Shown: positions 38,905-49,459 of the stretch, in pieces
Numbering within the stretch: position 1 is the stretch's first letter
Layout: each line of letters starts with the position of its first letter
Assembly (NCBI GenBank): GCA_963756875.1
Contig: CAVWPA010000001.1
Location: 96,001-160,000 of the forward strand
DNA: 64,000 nucleotides
Source: an uncultured Verrucomicrobiae bacterium
GTDB taxonomy: Bacteria; Verrucomicrobiota; Verrucomicrobiia; Chthoniobacterales; UBA10450
Direction: 5' to 3'
The notes under the pieces: generated by a model
The model's database searches: none
Told to the model about the DNA's origin: nothing
What the model saw: only the letters and a program-made list of their open reading frames with translations
Translations under genes and position numbers: made by a program

Positions 38905-40593
38905 TCATGTATATTTTAGGACTTCCTCGATGGTGGTGTCACCGGCGAAAATGCTGCGCAAACCGTCCTGGCGCAGGGTGACCATGCCGAGCTCGATCGC
39001 CTTTTGCTTGAGGACGACCGTTGGCGCGCGCTCATTAATTAATTCGCGAACCGGATCGGTGATCTTCATCAATTCGTAAATGCCTTTACGGCCCCTGTAT
39101 CCGGTGTGGTTGCAGACGTCGCAGCCCTTACCGTAAAAGAATTGCCGGTCACCGATTTGGCGCCGCGACAGTTCCAATTGCGCGAGCAGCGATTCGCTCG
39201 GCTGGTAGGTGGCGCGACAATTTGAGCAGATGCTGCGCAGCAGGCGTTGGCCGAGCACCGCTTCCAATGTTGACGAAATTAGGAACGGCTCGACGCCCAT
39301 GTCGATTAAACGCGTGATTGCGCCTGGCGCATCGTTCGTGTGCAGCGTGGTAAAGACGAGGTGTCCGGTGAGCGAAGCCTGGATGGAGATTTGGGCCGTT
39401 TCGAGATCGCGCGTTTCACCGACCATGATGCGATCGGGGTCCTGCCGCAAAAACGCGCGCAAGATGCGGGCAAAGGTAAGGTCGATGGCATCGTTCACGG
39501 GCACTTGCACGATGCCTTCCAGGTCGTATTCGACCGGTTCTTCCGCGGTGAGCAATTTGGAATCGATCGTGTTGATCTTGCGCAAACAGGAATAAAGCGT
39601 GGTGGTTTTTCCCGAACCGGTCGGCCCGGTTACGATGAAAATTCCATTCGGTCGCTCGATGATTTCCAGGATGTAATCGTGAATGTAGTCGGGCATGCCG
39701 AGCATCTCGAGATCGAGATTCACGGTGGAGCGATCGAGCACCCGCAGGACGACGCTCTCGCCAAACTGTGTTGGCAAAGTGGAGACGCGAAGGTCGACTG
39801 GACGTCCCGCGATGTTTTTCTGAATGCGGCCATCCTGGGGCAGTCGGCGTTCTGCGATGTTCATGTTCGCCATGACTTTGACGCGCGAAATCACCGGCAA
39901 CGCAAGATGTCGCGGCGGTGGAGACATTTCATAAAGCGCGCCATCGACACGGTAGCGAATTTTGAATTCGTTCTCGAACGGTTCGAAATGAATGTCGCTG
40001 GCGCGGTCCTGGATGGCCTGATACAAAATCAGATCGACAAAGCGAATGATCGGCGTGGCGTTCGCTTCGGCTTCAACCGCTGCGGCTGTCTCCCCATCGC
40101 CGCGGATCTGCAACATATCCCCGGCTTCGCCGAGTTGTTTGAGCACCTCTTCCATACTGGAGGTGTCGGTGCCGTAAAACTCCTTGATTCGCTCTTCGAT
40201 CTGCTCGGTCGGGGCGACAACAACATCGACGTTCTTGCCCAACGCGAAGCGCAGATCTTCCGCCGCGCTCGGATCGATCGGATCGGCCAACGCAACGCGC
40301 AAAGTGTTTCCGCTCATTCCGATAGGCAACGCGCGGTGCAGCCGGGCGAGGCCGCTTGGAATCAATTTCAGGACGGCAGGCGGAATTTCTCTGTCTTTCA
40401 GATCGACATATTCAGTGCCGAGCGCTGCGGCGATGGTCTGGTAAAAGCCGTGTTCGTCGACGAATCCACCATCGATCATTGCCTGCTCAATCGTTTTTCC
40501 GTTCAGCTGCGCTTCGCTGAGCACATCTTCCGCCTGCGACGGCTGCAAGACGTGTTGCTCGATGAAAAGTTCGGCGACCTGTTTATCGTTCAT
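38905..40593 (-). CDS. GspE/PilB family secretion ATPase (copy 2)
   Basis: ASDIHFEP, RLPQDGRI, GPTGSGKTTT, LRQDPD, TGHLVFTTLHTN and CxxC pairs. The ORF-track extension to 40869 is repeat-derived. Confidence 0.95.
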   Translation of the reverse strand: MNDKQVAELFIEQHVLQPSQAEDVLSEAQLNGKTIEQAMIDGGFVDEHGFYQTIAAALGTEYVDLKDREIPPAVLKLIPSGLARLHRALPIGMSGNTLRVALADPIDPSAAEDLRFALGKNVDVVVAPTEQIEERIKEFYGTDTSSMEEVLKQLGEAGDMLQIRGDGETAAAVEAEANATPIIRFVDLILYQAIQDRASDIHFEPFENEFKIRYRVDGALYEMSPPPRHLALPVISRVKVMANMNIAERRLPQDGRIQKNIAGRPVDLRVSTLPTQFGESVVLRVLDRSTVNLDLEMLGMPDYIHDYILEIIERPNGIFIVTGPTGSGKTTTLYSCLRKINTIDSKLLTAEEPVEYDLEGIVQVPVNDAIDLTFARILRAFLRQDPDRIMVGETRDLETAQISIQASLTGHLVFTTLHTNDAPGAITRLIDMGVEPFLISSTLEAVLGQRLLRSICSNCRATYQPSESLLAQLELSRRQIGDRQFFYGKGCDVCNHTGYRGRKGIYELMKITDPVRELINERAPTVVLKQKAIELGMVTLRQDGLRSIFAGDTTIEEVLKYT

Positions 40594-40628
40594 GAGGCGG
40601 TTGAAGCGGGAGATCGTTGAACCGTAAA

Positions 40629-40752
40629 TCCGGGGAGCGCACGCGCCTCGCGTGCAGCGTTCGGCGCCCTCGCCGGACGCACCTTTGGGGTCAGCTGCAA
40701 TGGTTCGCGGCGAGGGCGCCGCGAACGGCACGCGAGGGCGCGTGCGCTTTCC
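40629..40752. repeat. GGGAGCGCACGCGCC palindromic doublet
   Basis: ggggagcgcacgcgcctcgcgtg ... cacgcgagggcgcgtgcgctttcc, with inverted ends. Confidence 0.8.
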
Positions 40753-40786
40753 GTAAAGCCTGCGAGGTGCGCGATCGGAGTCATAA

Positions 40787-42490
40787 CTAGCTAACGTCTC
40801 CAATTGTGATGGAAATGACTTCCTCGGCCGAGGTGAGGCCGGCGAGGACCTTGCGTACTCCATCTTCACGCAGGGTGCGCATGCCGAGCTCGCGCGCCCG
40901 CTGTCGCAATTGAACGGTCGACGTCCGCTTGTTAATCATGTGTCGCACTTCATCATCGATCCCGAAGATTTCGAAAATGCCCATCCGGCCTTTGTAACCG
41001 GTGCCGCGGCACTGCTCGCACCCGATCGGTTTCATCACCTGGGCGTCGCTTAACTGGCCCGGTTCGATGTTCAGCGCGCGCATTTCCGTCTCGCTGATTT
41101 CGCCTGGCCGCCGGCAATTGACGCAGAGTCGCCTGACCAGCCGTTGCGCCATGATTGCGCGGACGGAGGAGGCGACAAGGAACGGTTGCACTCCAATGTC
41201 AACCAAACGCGCCACAGCCGACGGAGCGTCATTAGTGTGGAGCGTGCTGAAAACAAGATGGCCGGTAAGGCTCGCGTTTGTGGCAATGCTCGCGGTCTCC
41301 AGATCGCGAATTTCTCCGATCATGATGATATTAGGCGCCTGACGAAGAATCGAGCGAAGCGCGGCTGGAAACGTCATCCCGATTTCCGGATTGACCTGCA
41401 CCTGATTGATGCCGGTCATTTGATATTCGACCGGCTCCTCGACCGTGATGATTTTGCGGTCCGGCTTGTTGATGTAATTAAGGCAGGCGTAAAGCGTGCT
41501 GGTCTTTCCGGAACCTGTTGGCCCTGTTACCAGCAGGATCCCATCCGGCAGTTGAATCAAGCGCTCGAATGTTTCCTGGTCGTCGCTGAAGAATCCGAGC
41601 TCCGGCAAGCCGAGCATAAGGCTCGATTTGTCGAGCACACGCATGACCACGCTCTCTCCGTGGTTGGTCGGAATCGTGGAAACACGCAAATCGATGGGCT
41701 TCTTTTTTATTTTTACCTGGATGCGGCCATCCTGGGGCAGACGTTTTTCCGCGATACTCATCGAGCCGGTCATGATTTTGATGCGGCTGATAATGGCCGA
41801 TTGCAAACGTTTGGGCGGCGCCTGCATCTCCTGTAACACACCGTCGATCCGAAACCGGACACGAAATTTTTTGTCGAGCGGCTCGAGATGAATATCGCTG
41901 GCGCCCAGCCGGTGCGCCTCGACTAATAACATCGACACCATGCGAATGATTGGCGCATCGCCCTCATCGCCTTCGGCAAGTTGTGAGCCATCGCCGATTT
42001 CGAGGCCGAGATCGACATCTTCGCCAATCTGTTCCTGGATTACGTCGGCTGCTTCATCCGCGGTGCCGTAATATTTGATCAGGGCCTCGCGAATTTTTTC
42101 AGGGCTGGTGCAAACGAGTTCGAGTTCCCGCTGCAACATGAAGCTGAGGCTGTCGATCGTATCGATGTCGAGCGGATCGCTTACCGCAACGATCAGTCCC
42201 GTCTCGCCGAACGCGACCGGGATGACCTTGTAACGGCGCGCGTCTTCGGCCCGGATTTGTTTGATCACTTCCGGCGGAATGACCATGGTGGAAATGTCGA
42301 TCCAGTCCATGTGCGCCTGCGCGGCGAGAGCGCGAGAAATGTCGGCCTCGGAAACAGCGCCATCCCGGACCAGGACATCAACCACGTTGTCCGCGCCATT
42401 CAATTGTGCGCGGGCGCCGTCAATTTGTTTGCGCGTCACCAGTCCTACATCTTGCAGGACTCGCAGGACATAATCTTCGTTCTGTTGCAC
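40787..42490 (-). CDS. GspE/PilB family secretion ATPase (copy 1)
   Basis: ASDIHLEP, GPTGSGKTST, LRQAPN, GEIRD and TGHLVFSTLHTN motifs. Confidence 0.95.
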   Translation of the reverse strand: MQQNEDYVLRVLQDVGLVTRKQIDGARAQLNGADNVVDVLVRDGAVSEADISRALAAQAHMDWIDISTMVIPPEVIKQIRAEDARRYKVIPVAFGETGLIVAVSDPLDIDTIDSLSFMLQRELELVCTSPEKIREALIKYYGTADEAADVIQEQIGEDVDLGLEIGDGSQLAEGDEGDAPIIRMVSMLLVEAHRLGASDIHLEPLDKKFRVRFRIDGVLQEMQAPPKRLQSAIISRIKIMTGSMSIAEKRLPQDGRIQVKIKKKPIDLRVSTIPTNHGESVVMRVLDKSSLMLGLPELGFFSDDQETFERLIQLPDGILLVTGPTGSGKTSTLYACLNYINKPDRKIITVEEPVEYQMTGINQVQVNPEIGMTFPAALRSILRQAPNIIMIGEIRDLETASIATNASLTGHLVFSTLHTNDAPSAVARLVDIGVQPFLVASSVRAIMAQRLVRRLCVNCRRPGEISETEMRALNIEPGQLSDAQVMKPIGCEQCRGTGYKGRMGIFEIFGIDDEVRHMINKRTSTVQLRQRARELGMRTLREDGVRKVLAGLTSAEEVISITIGDVS

Positions 42491-42616
42491 CGGTAAAAAA
42501 TCGCGGGTGTCTAATCTATCTCAATCCAAGCGCCGCGGAAATCGCGATTTTCCTTTGGAGAAACGGCCAATTCAGGGCTGTAGCGGCAGACCCCTGGGCG
42601 GCGCGGCGCGCGCGAT

Positions 42617-44473
42617 CTACTCCACTGTCACGCTCTTAGCCAGGTTGCGGGGCTTGTCCACGTCGCGCCCGAGCTCGACCGCGAGATGGTAGGCGAGAAG
42701 CTGAAGCGGAACAACGGTGAGGATCGGGCTCACGCAATCAGGGACGTCCGGGACTTCGATGATGTCGTTGGCGAGGTTCTTTAGTTGTTTTGCCCCGCTG
42801 CCCGAGGTGACGGCGATGATCGGTCCTTTGCGCGCTTTCACCTGTTCCATGTTGTTGATATTTTTTGAAAGAATCGCGTCGTCCGGTGCGATAAAGACCG
42901 AAGGAAGTTCCGGTCTGACGAGCGCGATGATGCCGTGTTTGAGTTCGGCGCTGGGGTGGCCTTCGGCGAAGAGATAGGTGATCTCTTTCATCTTCAGTGC
43001 GCCCTCCAAAGCGATGGGGAAATTGAACTGGCGTCCAAAAAAGAGCATTCCGCTCACGCCTGCATACTTTTTCGCGATCGCTTTGATGTGATCGCTCAGT
43101 TTAAGCGTATCCTCAATCTGCTGTGGCAAAGCGTCGAGTGCTTCGATGATTCGGCTTCCTTCGGCTGTGGAAAGTTGCCGCATCCGGCCGAGTAGAAGAC
43201 CGATGAGCGTGAGAATCACGAGCTGCGATGTGAACGATTTTGTCGCCGCCACGCCAATCTCGGGCCCGGCGTGCATATAAACGCCGCCATCGCTCTCGCG
43301 CGCGATGGTACTCGCGACGTTGTTGCAGATGCCGAGCGTCCGATGTCCCTTGCGGCGGCTCTCGCGCAAAGCGCCGAGCGTGTCGGCGGTCTCACCGCTC
43401 TGGCTAATGGCGAAGACAAGCGTGTTCGGCGTCATGGGCGTATTGCGATGGCGGAACTCGCTCGCGTATTCCACTTCGACAGGAATGTTGGCCAGTCTTT
43501 CGATGAGATACTCGCCGACCATGCCGGCGTGCAGAGCGGTGCCGCAGCCGGTAAGCACGATACGGGCGACGTCGCGCAGCTCAGCCGGCGTCATATTCAA
43601 ACCGCCGAGTTTGGCGGTGCATTCGTCGTACGTGAGACGGCCGCGCATGGCGTCACGGACTGAATCCGGCTGCTCAAAGATTTCCTTCAGCATGTAATGC
43701 GGGTAATCGCCTTTCCGGATGTCTTCGGCGCTGAACTCAACCTTGCTGACGGCGTATTGTCCGCCGGCACCATCGACCGAGCTGATTTCGAACTTGTCGC
43801 GCTCGACGGCCACGACGTCGAAATCGTTCAAGTAAATGGCGTCGCGCGTGTGGGCGACGATCGCGCTGACATCGCTAGCCAGAAAATTTTCGTCTTTGCC
43901 GACGCCGAGAACGAGTGGGCTGCCGCGGCGGGCGCCCACGATGAAATCTGGAATGTCGGCATGTACGAGCGCAATCCCGTAGGTGCCGATCACCTGTTTC
44001 AATGCCGACCGGACGGCATTGACCAGACGGGCCTTGGAATCCTTGCCGCCGAGCTGCCGGTAAATGCTGCCGATGAGATGTGCGAGAACTTCGGTATCGG
44101 TGTCGGAACGGAAATTCGTGTCTCCGTTTTGAATCAGCTGCTCCTTGAGCGCCTGGTAATTCTCAACGACGCCGTTGTGCACGAGAGCGATTTTGCCGCT
44201 GGCATCGAAGTGCGGATGCGCGTTTTCGTCGTTAACCTTCCCGTGCGTGGCCCAGCGGGTGTGACTGATGCCAAAGGAGCCGGCGGCCGGCTTTTGCGAC
44301 ACCAATTTTGCGAGAGAAGCGATACGGCCCGCGCACTTGCGTGTCTCGACATGGTCACCGTTGACAATCGCGATGCCGGCGGAGTCGTAGCCGCGATACT
44401 CGAGGCGGCGCAAGCCGTCGAGCAAGATCGGCGCGGCCTCCGAGCGCCCGACGTAACCGACAATTCCGCACAT
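42617..44473 (-). CDS. glmS: Glutamine--fructose-6-phosphate aminotransferase (isomerizing)
   Basis: MCGIVG, LEYRGYDSAG, HTRWATHG, SQSGETADT and DKPRNLAKSVTVE motifs. Confidence 0.98.
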   Translation of the reverse strand: MCGIVGYVGRSEAAPILLDGLRRLEYRGYDSAGIAIVNGDHVETRKCAGRIASLAKLVSQKPAAGSFGISHTRWATHGKVNDENAHPHFDASGKIALVHNGVVENYQALKEQLIQNGDTNFRSDTDTEVLAHLIGSIYRQLGGKDSKARLVNAVRSALKQVIGTYGIALVHADIPDFIVGARRGSPLVLGVGKDENFLASDVSAIVAHTRDAIYLNDFDVVAVERDKFEISSVDGAGGQYAVSKVEFSAEDIRKGDYPHYMLKEIFEQPDSVRDAMRGRLTYDECTAKLGGLNMTPAELRDVARIVLTGCGTALHAGMVGEYLIERLANIPVEVEYASEFRHRNTPMTPNTLVFAISQSGETADTLGALRESRRKGHRTLGICNNVASTIARESDGGVYMHAGPEIGVAATKSFTSQLVILTLIGLLLGRMRQLSTAEGSRIIEALDALPQQIEDTLKLSDHIKAIAKKYAGVSGMLFFGRQFNFPIALEGALKMKEITYLFAEGHPSAELKHGIIALVRPELPSVFIAPDDAILSKNINNMEQVKARKGPIIAVTSGSGAKQLKNLANDIIEVPDVPDCVSPILTVVPLQLLAYHLAVELGRDVDKPRNLAKSVTVE

Positions 44474-44595
44474 AATCAGGGGAAAGTGAGCCTGATACTA
44501 ACGTCTCCGCAGGGTTGTAGCAACCGGCCCCGTGCCGCTTCATCTGTCTGCGCAAAAGATTTGCTCGAAGCCTCAGACGCTGAGTTATTGACGAT

Positions 44596-45936
44596 GTGAA
44601 GACAAGTGACGGTCCACGGAGCGACGTAAATCTGTTGTCGACGTCGGCGCCCTTGCTTCCCCCTGGCATTACACAGCGAACCCTTGCCATCATCATGGGG
44701 GGCGGCGCGGGAACGCGGCTGTTTCCGTTGACTAAAGACCGCGCGAAGCCGGCGGTCCCGCTCGGTGGAAAGTATCGTATCGTCGATATCCCCATCAGCA
44801 ATTGTCTGAACTCCGGTTTGCGATCGATCTACGTGCTCACGCAGTTCAACAGCATGTCGCTGCATCGGCATATTCAGGCCAGCTACAAGTTCGATCATTT
44901 CTCCCGTAGCTTTATCGATCTTCTCGCGGCGCAACAAACTCCCGAGGGTTCGCAGTGGTACCAGGGAACCGCCGATGCTGTCCGGCAAAACATGCGCTAC
45001 TTTCTCGAGCGGCCGTTTGAGTATTACCTCATCCTGAGCGGCGATCAGCTTTATCGCATGGATTTTCGCGTGCTGCTGCATCAACACATTCAATCGGGAG
45101 CCGATATTACGCTGGCGACCAAGCCGATTGAGCGGCATCGGGTTTCCGAATTTGGCATTATGCAGAGCGGAGTGGACCGGCGCATTACCCGCTTTGTGGA
45201 AAAGCCGAAGGACGAAGCGGTGCTTGGCGAAATGAAAATGAGCGGCGAGTTGCTCGCCGCCGTCGGCCTGAACGAACAGGATGAATTATTCCAGGCTTCG
45301 ATGGGGATTTACATTTTCAATCGGGACGTTCTCGTTAAATGCCTGGACAATGAGCTGGTCGATTTTGGAAAGCACATCATCCCGCAGTCGATCGCCGACC
45401 GGCATGTGAGCGCATTTATCTTCAAGGGCTATTGGGAGGATATCGGCACGGTGCGCGCCTTTTATGAAGCAAACCTGGATCTGACGGATCTTGTCCCCGA
45501 GTACAGCTTCTTTGACACGGAGGCGCCGATTTACACGCACCCCCGCTTTTTACCCGGGAGCAAGGTCAACGGCGCGACGCTGCGCCAGGCGATTATCTCG
45601 GACGGGTGCATCATCTCGGATGCGCATTTGGAGAGAAGCGTGATCGGCATCCGCAGCATCATTCAAAGCGGTGCCACGATTCGCGACAGCATTATCATGG
45701 GAGCGGATTACTTCGAACAAAACCGGCACGAGCATTCGGACCTGCCGGCCATCGGGATTGGACGCAACTGCGTGATTGACCGCGCCATTATCGACAAGAA
45801 CGCGCGCATCGCAGACGGCGTAGTCATTACACCGGAGGGAAAATCAGCGAATCTGGACGCGGAAAATTACTTTATCCGCGACGGGATTGTGGTGGTCCCG
45901 AAGAATGCCGTGATCCCGGCGGGATTCTGGATCTGA
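44596..45936 (+). CDS. glgC: Glucose-1-phosphate adenylyltransferase
   Basis: GGGAGTRLFPLTKDRAKPAVPLGG, WYQGTADAV, LSGDQLY, SMGIY and YWEDIGT motifs. Confidence 0.97.
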   Translation: MKTSDGPRSDVNLLSTSAPLLPPGITQRTLAIIMGGGAGTRLFPLTKDRAKPAVPLGGKYRIVDIPISNCLNSGLRSIYVLTQFNSMSLHRHIQASYKFDHFSRSFIDLLAAQQTPEGSQWYQGTADAVRQNMRYFLERPFEYYLILSGDQLYRMDFRVLLHQHIQSGADITLATKPIERHRVSEFGIMQSGVDRRITRFVEKPKDEAVLGEMKMSGELLAAVGLNEQDELFQASMGIYIFNRDVLVKCLDNELVDFGKHIIPQSIADRHVSAFIFKGYWEDIGTVRAFYEANLDLTDLVPEYSFFDTEAPIYTHPRFLPGSKVNGATLRQAIISDGCIISDAHLERSVIGIRSIIQSGATIRDSIIMGADYFEQNRHEHSDLPAIGIGRNCVIDRAIIDKNARIADGVVITPEGKSANLDAENYFIRDGIVVVPKNAVIPAGFWI

Positions 45937-46000
45937 TCGGCTTGCGATGCGGCATGCCGCGGTCGTCGTCGCCAGAACGCTGCGTAAGAGTGGGCGACGC

Positions 46001-46213
46001 TTAGTGCGCCCTGTCGGTCACCCCTGCGAGCGGTCCGCCCACTTCCCATTGTTCCTGTTTGTCCCAGGGGATCTGGGAGTCGTTATGGGTTTCGGGATCC
46101 TTCACCACGGAGGCCGTCTCTTTCGGTGTAGCGCAGGACACCAGCGTGAAGGTGCTCGCAAACAGAAGGCCGAGCACGACTGCTTTTCCCAGCTTAAGAA
46201 TTTGTGCCAGCAT
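46001..46213 (-). CDS. Small putative lipoprotein
   Basis: Signal peptide with lipobox LVSC; IPWDKQEQWE. Confidence 0.65.
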   Translation of the reverse strand: MLAQILKLGKAVVLGLLFASTFTLVSCATPKETASVVKDPETHNDSQIPWDKQEQWEVGGPLAGVTDRAH

Positions 46214-46994
46214 AAATAACAGTATCTCCAGGTTGCACCTGCACCCCTCGTGCCAAAGTGCTGGTGATTATATCGCCGATAGCCGTAGCCGGTTCAACTG
46301 AAGAAATACGAATTTTGCCGATGAAACTGCCGTCGCGCAAAACGAGCATTTCCGAGTTGGCTTCGACCCCCTCGCGCCCTCCCAGATTCAGAACGACGAA
46401 ATTGTAAGCCTGGTTGACCGCCAGCACGGTGCCACGAAGACCGACCTGTCTTGCGGAAGCAGCCGGCCGCTTCCTCTTTTCTTCCGCCAGCCGCGAAGAA
46501 CGCTCTTCGAGTGATTGCAGCTTGTCGGAAAGGAAGGATTTCTCCCGCTCCGCATCGTCGAGTTGCCGCCTGGCGTCATCGAGTTGGGCCTGTAATTCCT
46601 GTGCAGATGGAGCGCCCGGATTGGCGGAGCCGGGCTTGGCTTCATCAATTTGTTTTTGAAGATTGGCGATTTCGGTTTCGTTGGCCGTCAACTTGGCTTG
46701 TAGATCGTCCTTTTCCTTCTGCGTCTTCACGATCTCTGCCTCGGCGCTTGCCACCTGCTTCTCGTTATCGGCAATCTTCGCTTTTTCTGCGGCAATGGCT
46801 GCCTCTCGGGCCTTGATTTGCTTTTGTTCAGCCGCGCGCCGCAGTTCGGCTGTCTTACGGGCGTTATTGGCCTCTGCTGCCGCTGCATGCAACGATTTTG
46901 TCTTGAACGTGTTAAGAACGCCAAACACTGCCGCCAACCCCAGGAGCGCGACTGAAGCGGCAATTAACGTCTTGGGCGTTGCGGAAATTGCCAT
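46194..46994 (-). CDS. Membrane-anchored coiled-coil protein with C-terminal beta domain
   Basis: N-terminal TM helix, long heptad region and GTVLAVN..YNFVVLNLG...GDTV domain. Confidence 0.8.
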   Translation of the reverse strand: MAISATPKTLIAASVALLGLAAVFGVLNTFKTKSLHAAAAEANNARKTAELRRAAEQKQIKAREAAIAAEKAKIADNEKQVASAEAEIVKTQKEKDDLQAKLTANETEIANLQKQIDEAKPGSANPGAPSAQELQAQLDDARRQLDDAEREKSFLSDKLQSLEERSSRLAEEKRKRPAASARQVGLRGTVLAVNQAYNFVVLNLGGREGVEANSEMLVLRDGSFIGKIRISSVEPATAIGDIITSTLARGVQVQPGDTVIYAGTNS

Positions 46995-47128
46995 GGAATA
47001 ACAAAAAACAGACCGATCCTTTTAAACGGGATCCATCTGGAAATGCAATCCCGGATTTATGTTTGAAGCGGATTTTTTTCGACGACCTGTCGGGACAGTC
47101 TCCTTGCGCTTGGCTCTTTCGCAGCTAT

Positions 47129-47275
47129 ATGCAGTCCGTGAGCCAGCAACATCGTGTGCAGGAAAAGCGCAAGCGACGCAAAGCCTATCTCAAACGGAAA
47201 AGGGTCGCTACGAAGGCGGCACGACCGCGGCCCGCAAAAGCAAAGAGCAAGAAGCAACCGGCATCGGCGGAGTAA
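47129..47275 (+). CDS. Small highly basic protein
   Basis: SQQHRVQEKRKRRKAYLKRKR...; start ATG 47129 or GTG 47138. Confidence 0.55.
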   Translation: MQSVSQQHRVQEKRKRRKAYLKRKRVATKAARPRPAKAKSKKQPASAE

Positions 47276-47326
47276 GGTGGGCGGTGGTCATCTCGCGCAC
47301 CGGCGAAGGATGCCGTATCATTCCGG

Positions 47327-47749
47327 ATGCGCCGGCGCTATTTGATCGTCGATGGACACAGCGTGATTTTCGCCTGGAGCGCCCTGCGCAAATTGCATGG
47401 AAGACGGACATCTTTGGGTCGCGAGGCGTTGATTAAACAGCTTCGTGATTACCAGGACCGCACCGGAACCAGGGTGGTGGTCGTTTTCGATGGCAAAGGG
47501 GAATGCATCAGCGAGACGTCGTTTCCCGGCGAGGTGCATGTCTTTTACTCTCGCCGCGGACAGTCGGCGGATGCCATCGTTGAGCGGCTCGCCAGCAAAT
47601 ATGCCGCGCGATTCGACCTCACGGTGGTCACGTCAGATTCGTTGGAGCGGGAAACAGTGCATGCATGCGGCGCGGCGTGCATTTCGCCCGAAGCATTGCG
47701 CGGCCTTATCGAGGAAGCGCGAGGTGCCTGTTCGGGAGACAGGCTATAA
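47327..47749 (+). CDS. NYN-domain (YacP/Rae1-like) ribonuclease
   Basis: LIVDGHSV, VVVFDG, SADAIVE and VVTSD motifs. Confidence 0.88.
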   Translation: MRRRYLIVDGHSVIFAWSALRKLHGRRTSLGREALIKQLRDYQDRTGTRVVVVFDGKGECISETSFPGEVHVFYSRRGQSADAIVERLASKYAARFDLTVVTSDSLERETVHACGAACISPEALRGLIEEARGACSGDRL

Positions 47750-47753
47750 ACAC

Positions 47754-48203
47754 TCAGGCGGCGCCGACCAAAGCGTGATGCGGCTGGCCGCCCGAACTTC
47801 GAGCGGCGGTCCGATGCCGGCAGGTGGCGAGCACACGCGCCAGCACGCAATAAAGTTGTTCGATTGGCAGGTTCTTGCTCACGTAACCATTGGCTCCGGC
47901 TTGCAAGGCCGCATGCATTTGCTCCTCGTCGTAGCCGACGCCGGTGAAAACCACGATCGGGATATAGCCGTTGATCTCGCGGATGAAAGAAATGAGCGAA
48001 ATACCATCCACTTTTGGCATCTTGAGATCGACAATCACGACGTCGCAATCGTGGCGGGCGAGCCAGGCAGCCGTCTGGAAGCCGTCGGTGATGGAATGGC
48101 AGGTATGTCCGCGTTGCCGGAGGTAGGCGACCAGGAATTTGGCGATACCGGGGTCATCGTCGATGATAAGAAACTGAGAGAAATCGCGGGTTTGCGTTGT
48201 CAT
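47754..48203 (-). CDS. Single-domain response regulator
   Basis: IIDDD, IVDLKMPKVDG, FTG and YVSK motifs; no output domain. Confidence 0.9.
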   Translation of the reverse strand: MTTQTRDFSQFLIIDDDPGIAKFLVAYLRQRGHTCHSITDGFQTAAWLARHDCDVVIVDLKMPKVDGISLISFIREINGYIPIVVFTGVGYDEEQMHAALQAGANGYVSKNLPIEQLYCVLARVLATCRHRTAARSSGGQPHHALVGAA

Positions 48204-48228
48204 TGGCTATAATTTCCATAATCAATTA

Positions 48229-48244
48229 AGCACTAACCTTGCCA
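48229..48244 (-). promoter_or_regulatory. Putative sigma54 (-24/-12) promoter
   Basis: Minus strand TGGCAAGGTTAGTGCT (GG-N10-GC), 25 nt upstream of the ATG at 48203. Confidence 0.6.
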
Positions 48245-48302
48245 ACTTCACCCAGGCTATTTGCTTTTTGCCAGCCGCCGGACCGGGTCGGGTCGGCCAA
48301 GC

Positions 48303-49319
48303 CTACGACTCCAGCTTTTCTTCAATGGCTTTGACCCGGGCGAACAGCTTTCCGAGCCGATGAATCCAGGCAATCTGCCGTTTTGCGTTGGCAAAGGGTA
48401 CGGCTGGAGAACCGAACCAGACGCCTCCACGGGTGTCCTTCGTGATTCCGCTTTGCGCTGCGATCATGGTCCCGTCACCGATCTCAATGTGACCTATGAC
48501 GCCCACCTGGCCGGCCATCATGACGCGCTCGCCGAGGCGGGTACTGCCTGATACTCCCGCTTGCGCCGCGATCACGGAATGTTTGCCGATCACAACGTTG
48601 TGCGCCACCTGCACCAGATTATCGATCTTCACCCCCTCCTGTATCCAGGTGCGGCCAAAGCGGGCGCGATCGACGGTCGTGTTGGCCCCGATTTCCACGT
48701 CGTTATCGATCTGCACGATTCCGACCTGTTGAATTTTCCGCTGGCGGCCATCGACGAATTCGAAGCCAAAACCATCCGCCCCGATCACCGCGCCGCTATG
48801 AATAATGACGCGGGCGCCGATACGTGTCCGTTCGCGAATCGCGACATGGGGATAGATGGTACATTCCGGGCCGATTACGGTTTCATGGCCCACATAGGTT
48901 TGCGCTCCAATCACCGTGTCATCCCCGATGCTCGCCCCGGCCTCGATTACCGCGTACGGTTGCACCGAGACGCGCGCGCCCAGTTTTGCGCTCGGATCCA
49001 CGATCGCACTCGGGTGAACTCCTGGCGGAAACACCACAGGTTTCGGGGCCAGTCGCAGAACGATTTGTTCGAATGCCTTGGATGGATTTGAAACGTGAAT
49101 TTGTGCGGCTGGGATCGTTTCGGAGAAATCAACCGGCACGAAAACCGCGGAAGCGCGGGTCTTTTGCACCAGGGAAGCGTATCTGGGATCGGCAAAAAAC
49201 GTGATTTCACCCGGTTCGGCTTCCGCGAGCGACGCCGCCCCGGTTATTTTCCCGGCGGGATCACCGTGCAACTCGCCACCGGTGATCTTCGCGATTTCCT
49301 GGAGAGTAAAAGTCATCAA
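48303..49319 (-). CDS. lpxD: UDP-3-O-(3-hydroxyacyl)glucosamine N-acyltransferase
   Basis: Hexapeptide repeats; IGADGFGF, VEIGANTTVDRA and KIDNLVQVAHNV motifs. Confidence 0.96.
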   Translation of the reverse strand: MMTFTLQEIAKITGGELHGDPAGKITGAASLAEAEPGEITFFADPRYASLVQKTRASAVFVPVDFSETIPAAQIHVSNPSKAFEQIVLRLAPKPVVFPPGVHPSAIVDPSAKLGARVSVQPYAVIEAGASIGDDTVIGAQTYVGHETVIGPECTIYPHVAIRERTRIGARVIIHSGAVIGADGFGFEFVDGRQRKIQQVGIVQIDNDVEIGANTTVDRARFGRTWIQEGVKIDNLVQVAHNVVIGKHSVIAAQAGVSGSTRLGERVMMAGQVGVIGHIEIGDGTMIAAQSGITKDTRGGVWFGSPAVPFANAKRQIAWIHRLGKLFARVKAIEEKLES

Positions 49320-49459
49320 TTACTGTAGCGGTGCTTTACGAGCGTCGCTAAAATTTATGCCCGAAATAGTCCGACAGTCGTAGATCGCGAAAGAGTCTAG
49401 GAATTGAGCTCCGGATTCCAAGCTCCAACATCCTCTTTGGGATCCCCGGGCCTGGAATT

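Noticed and set aside
39340..40620. Long antisense ORFs (426 aa here; also 3810-4739, 43697-44599, 18531-19427)
   Set aside because: Shadow frames of well-supported genes in GC-rich DNA, with no recognisable motifs.
40594..40869. N-terminal extension of the second PilB (654-aa ORF)
   Set aside because: It overlaps the upstream gene and translates a palindromic repeat; MNDKQ at 40593 matches the paralogue's length.
44474..44595. glmS ribozyme upstream of glmS
   Set aside because: The short divergent intergenic region shows no AGCGCC...GACGAGG core on the minus strand.
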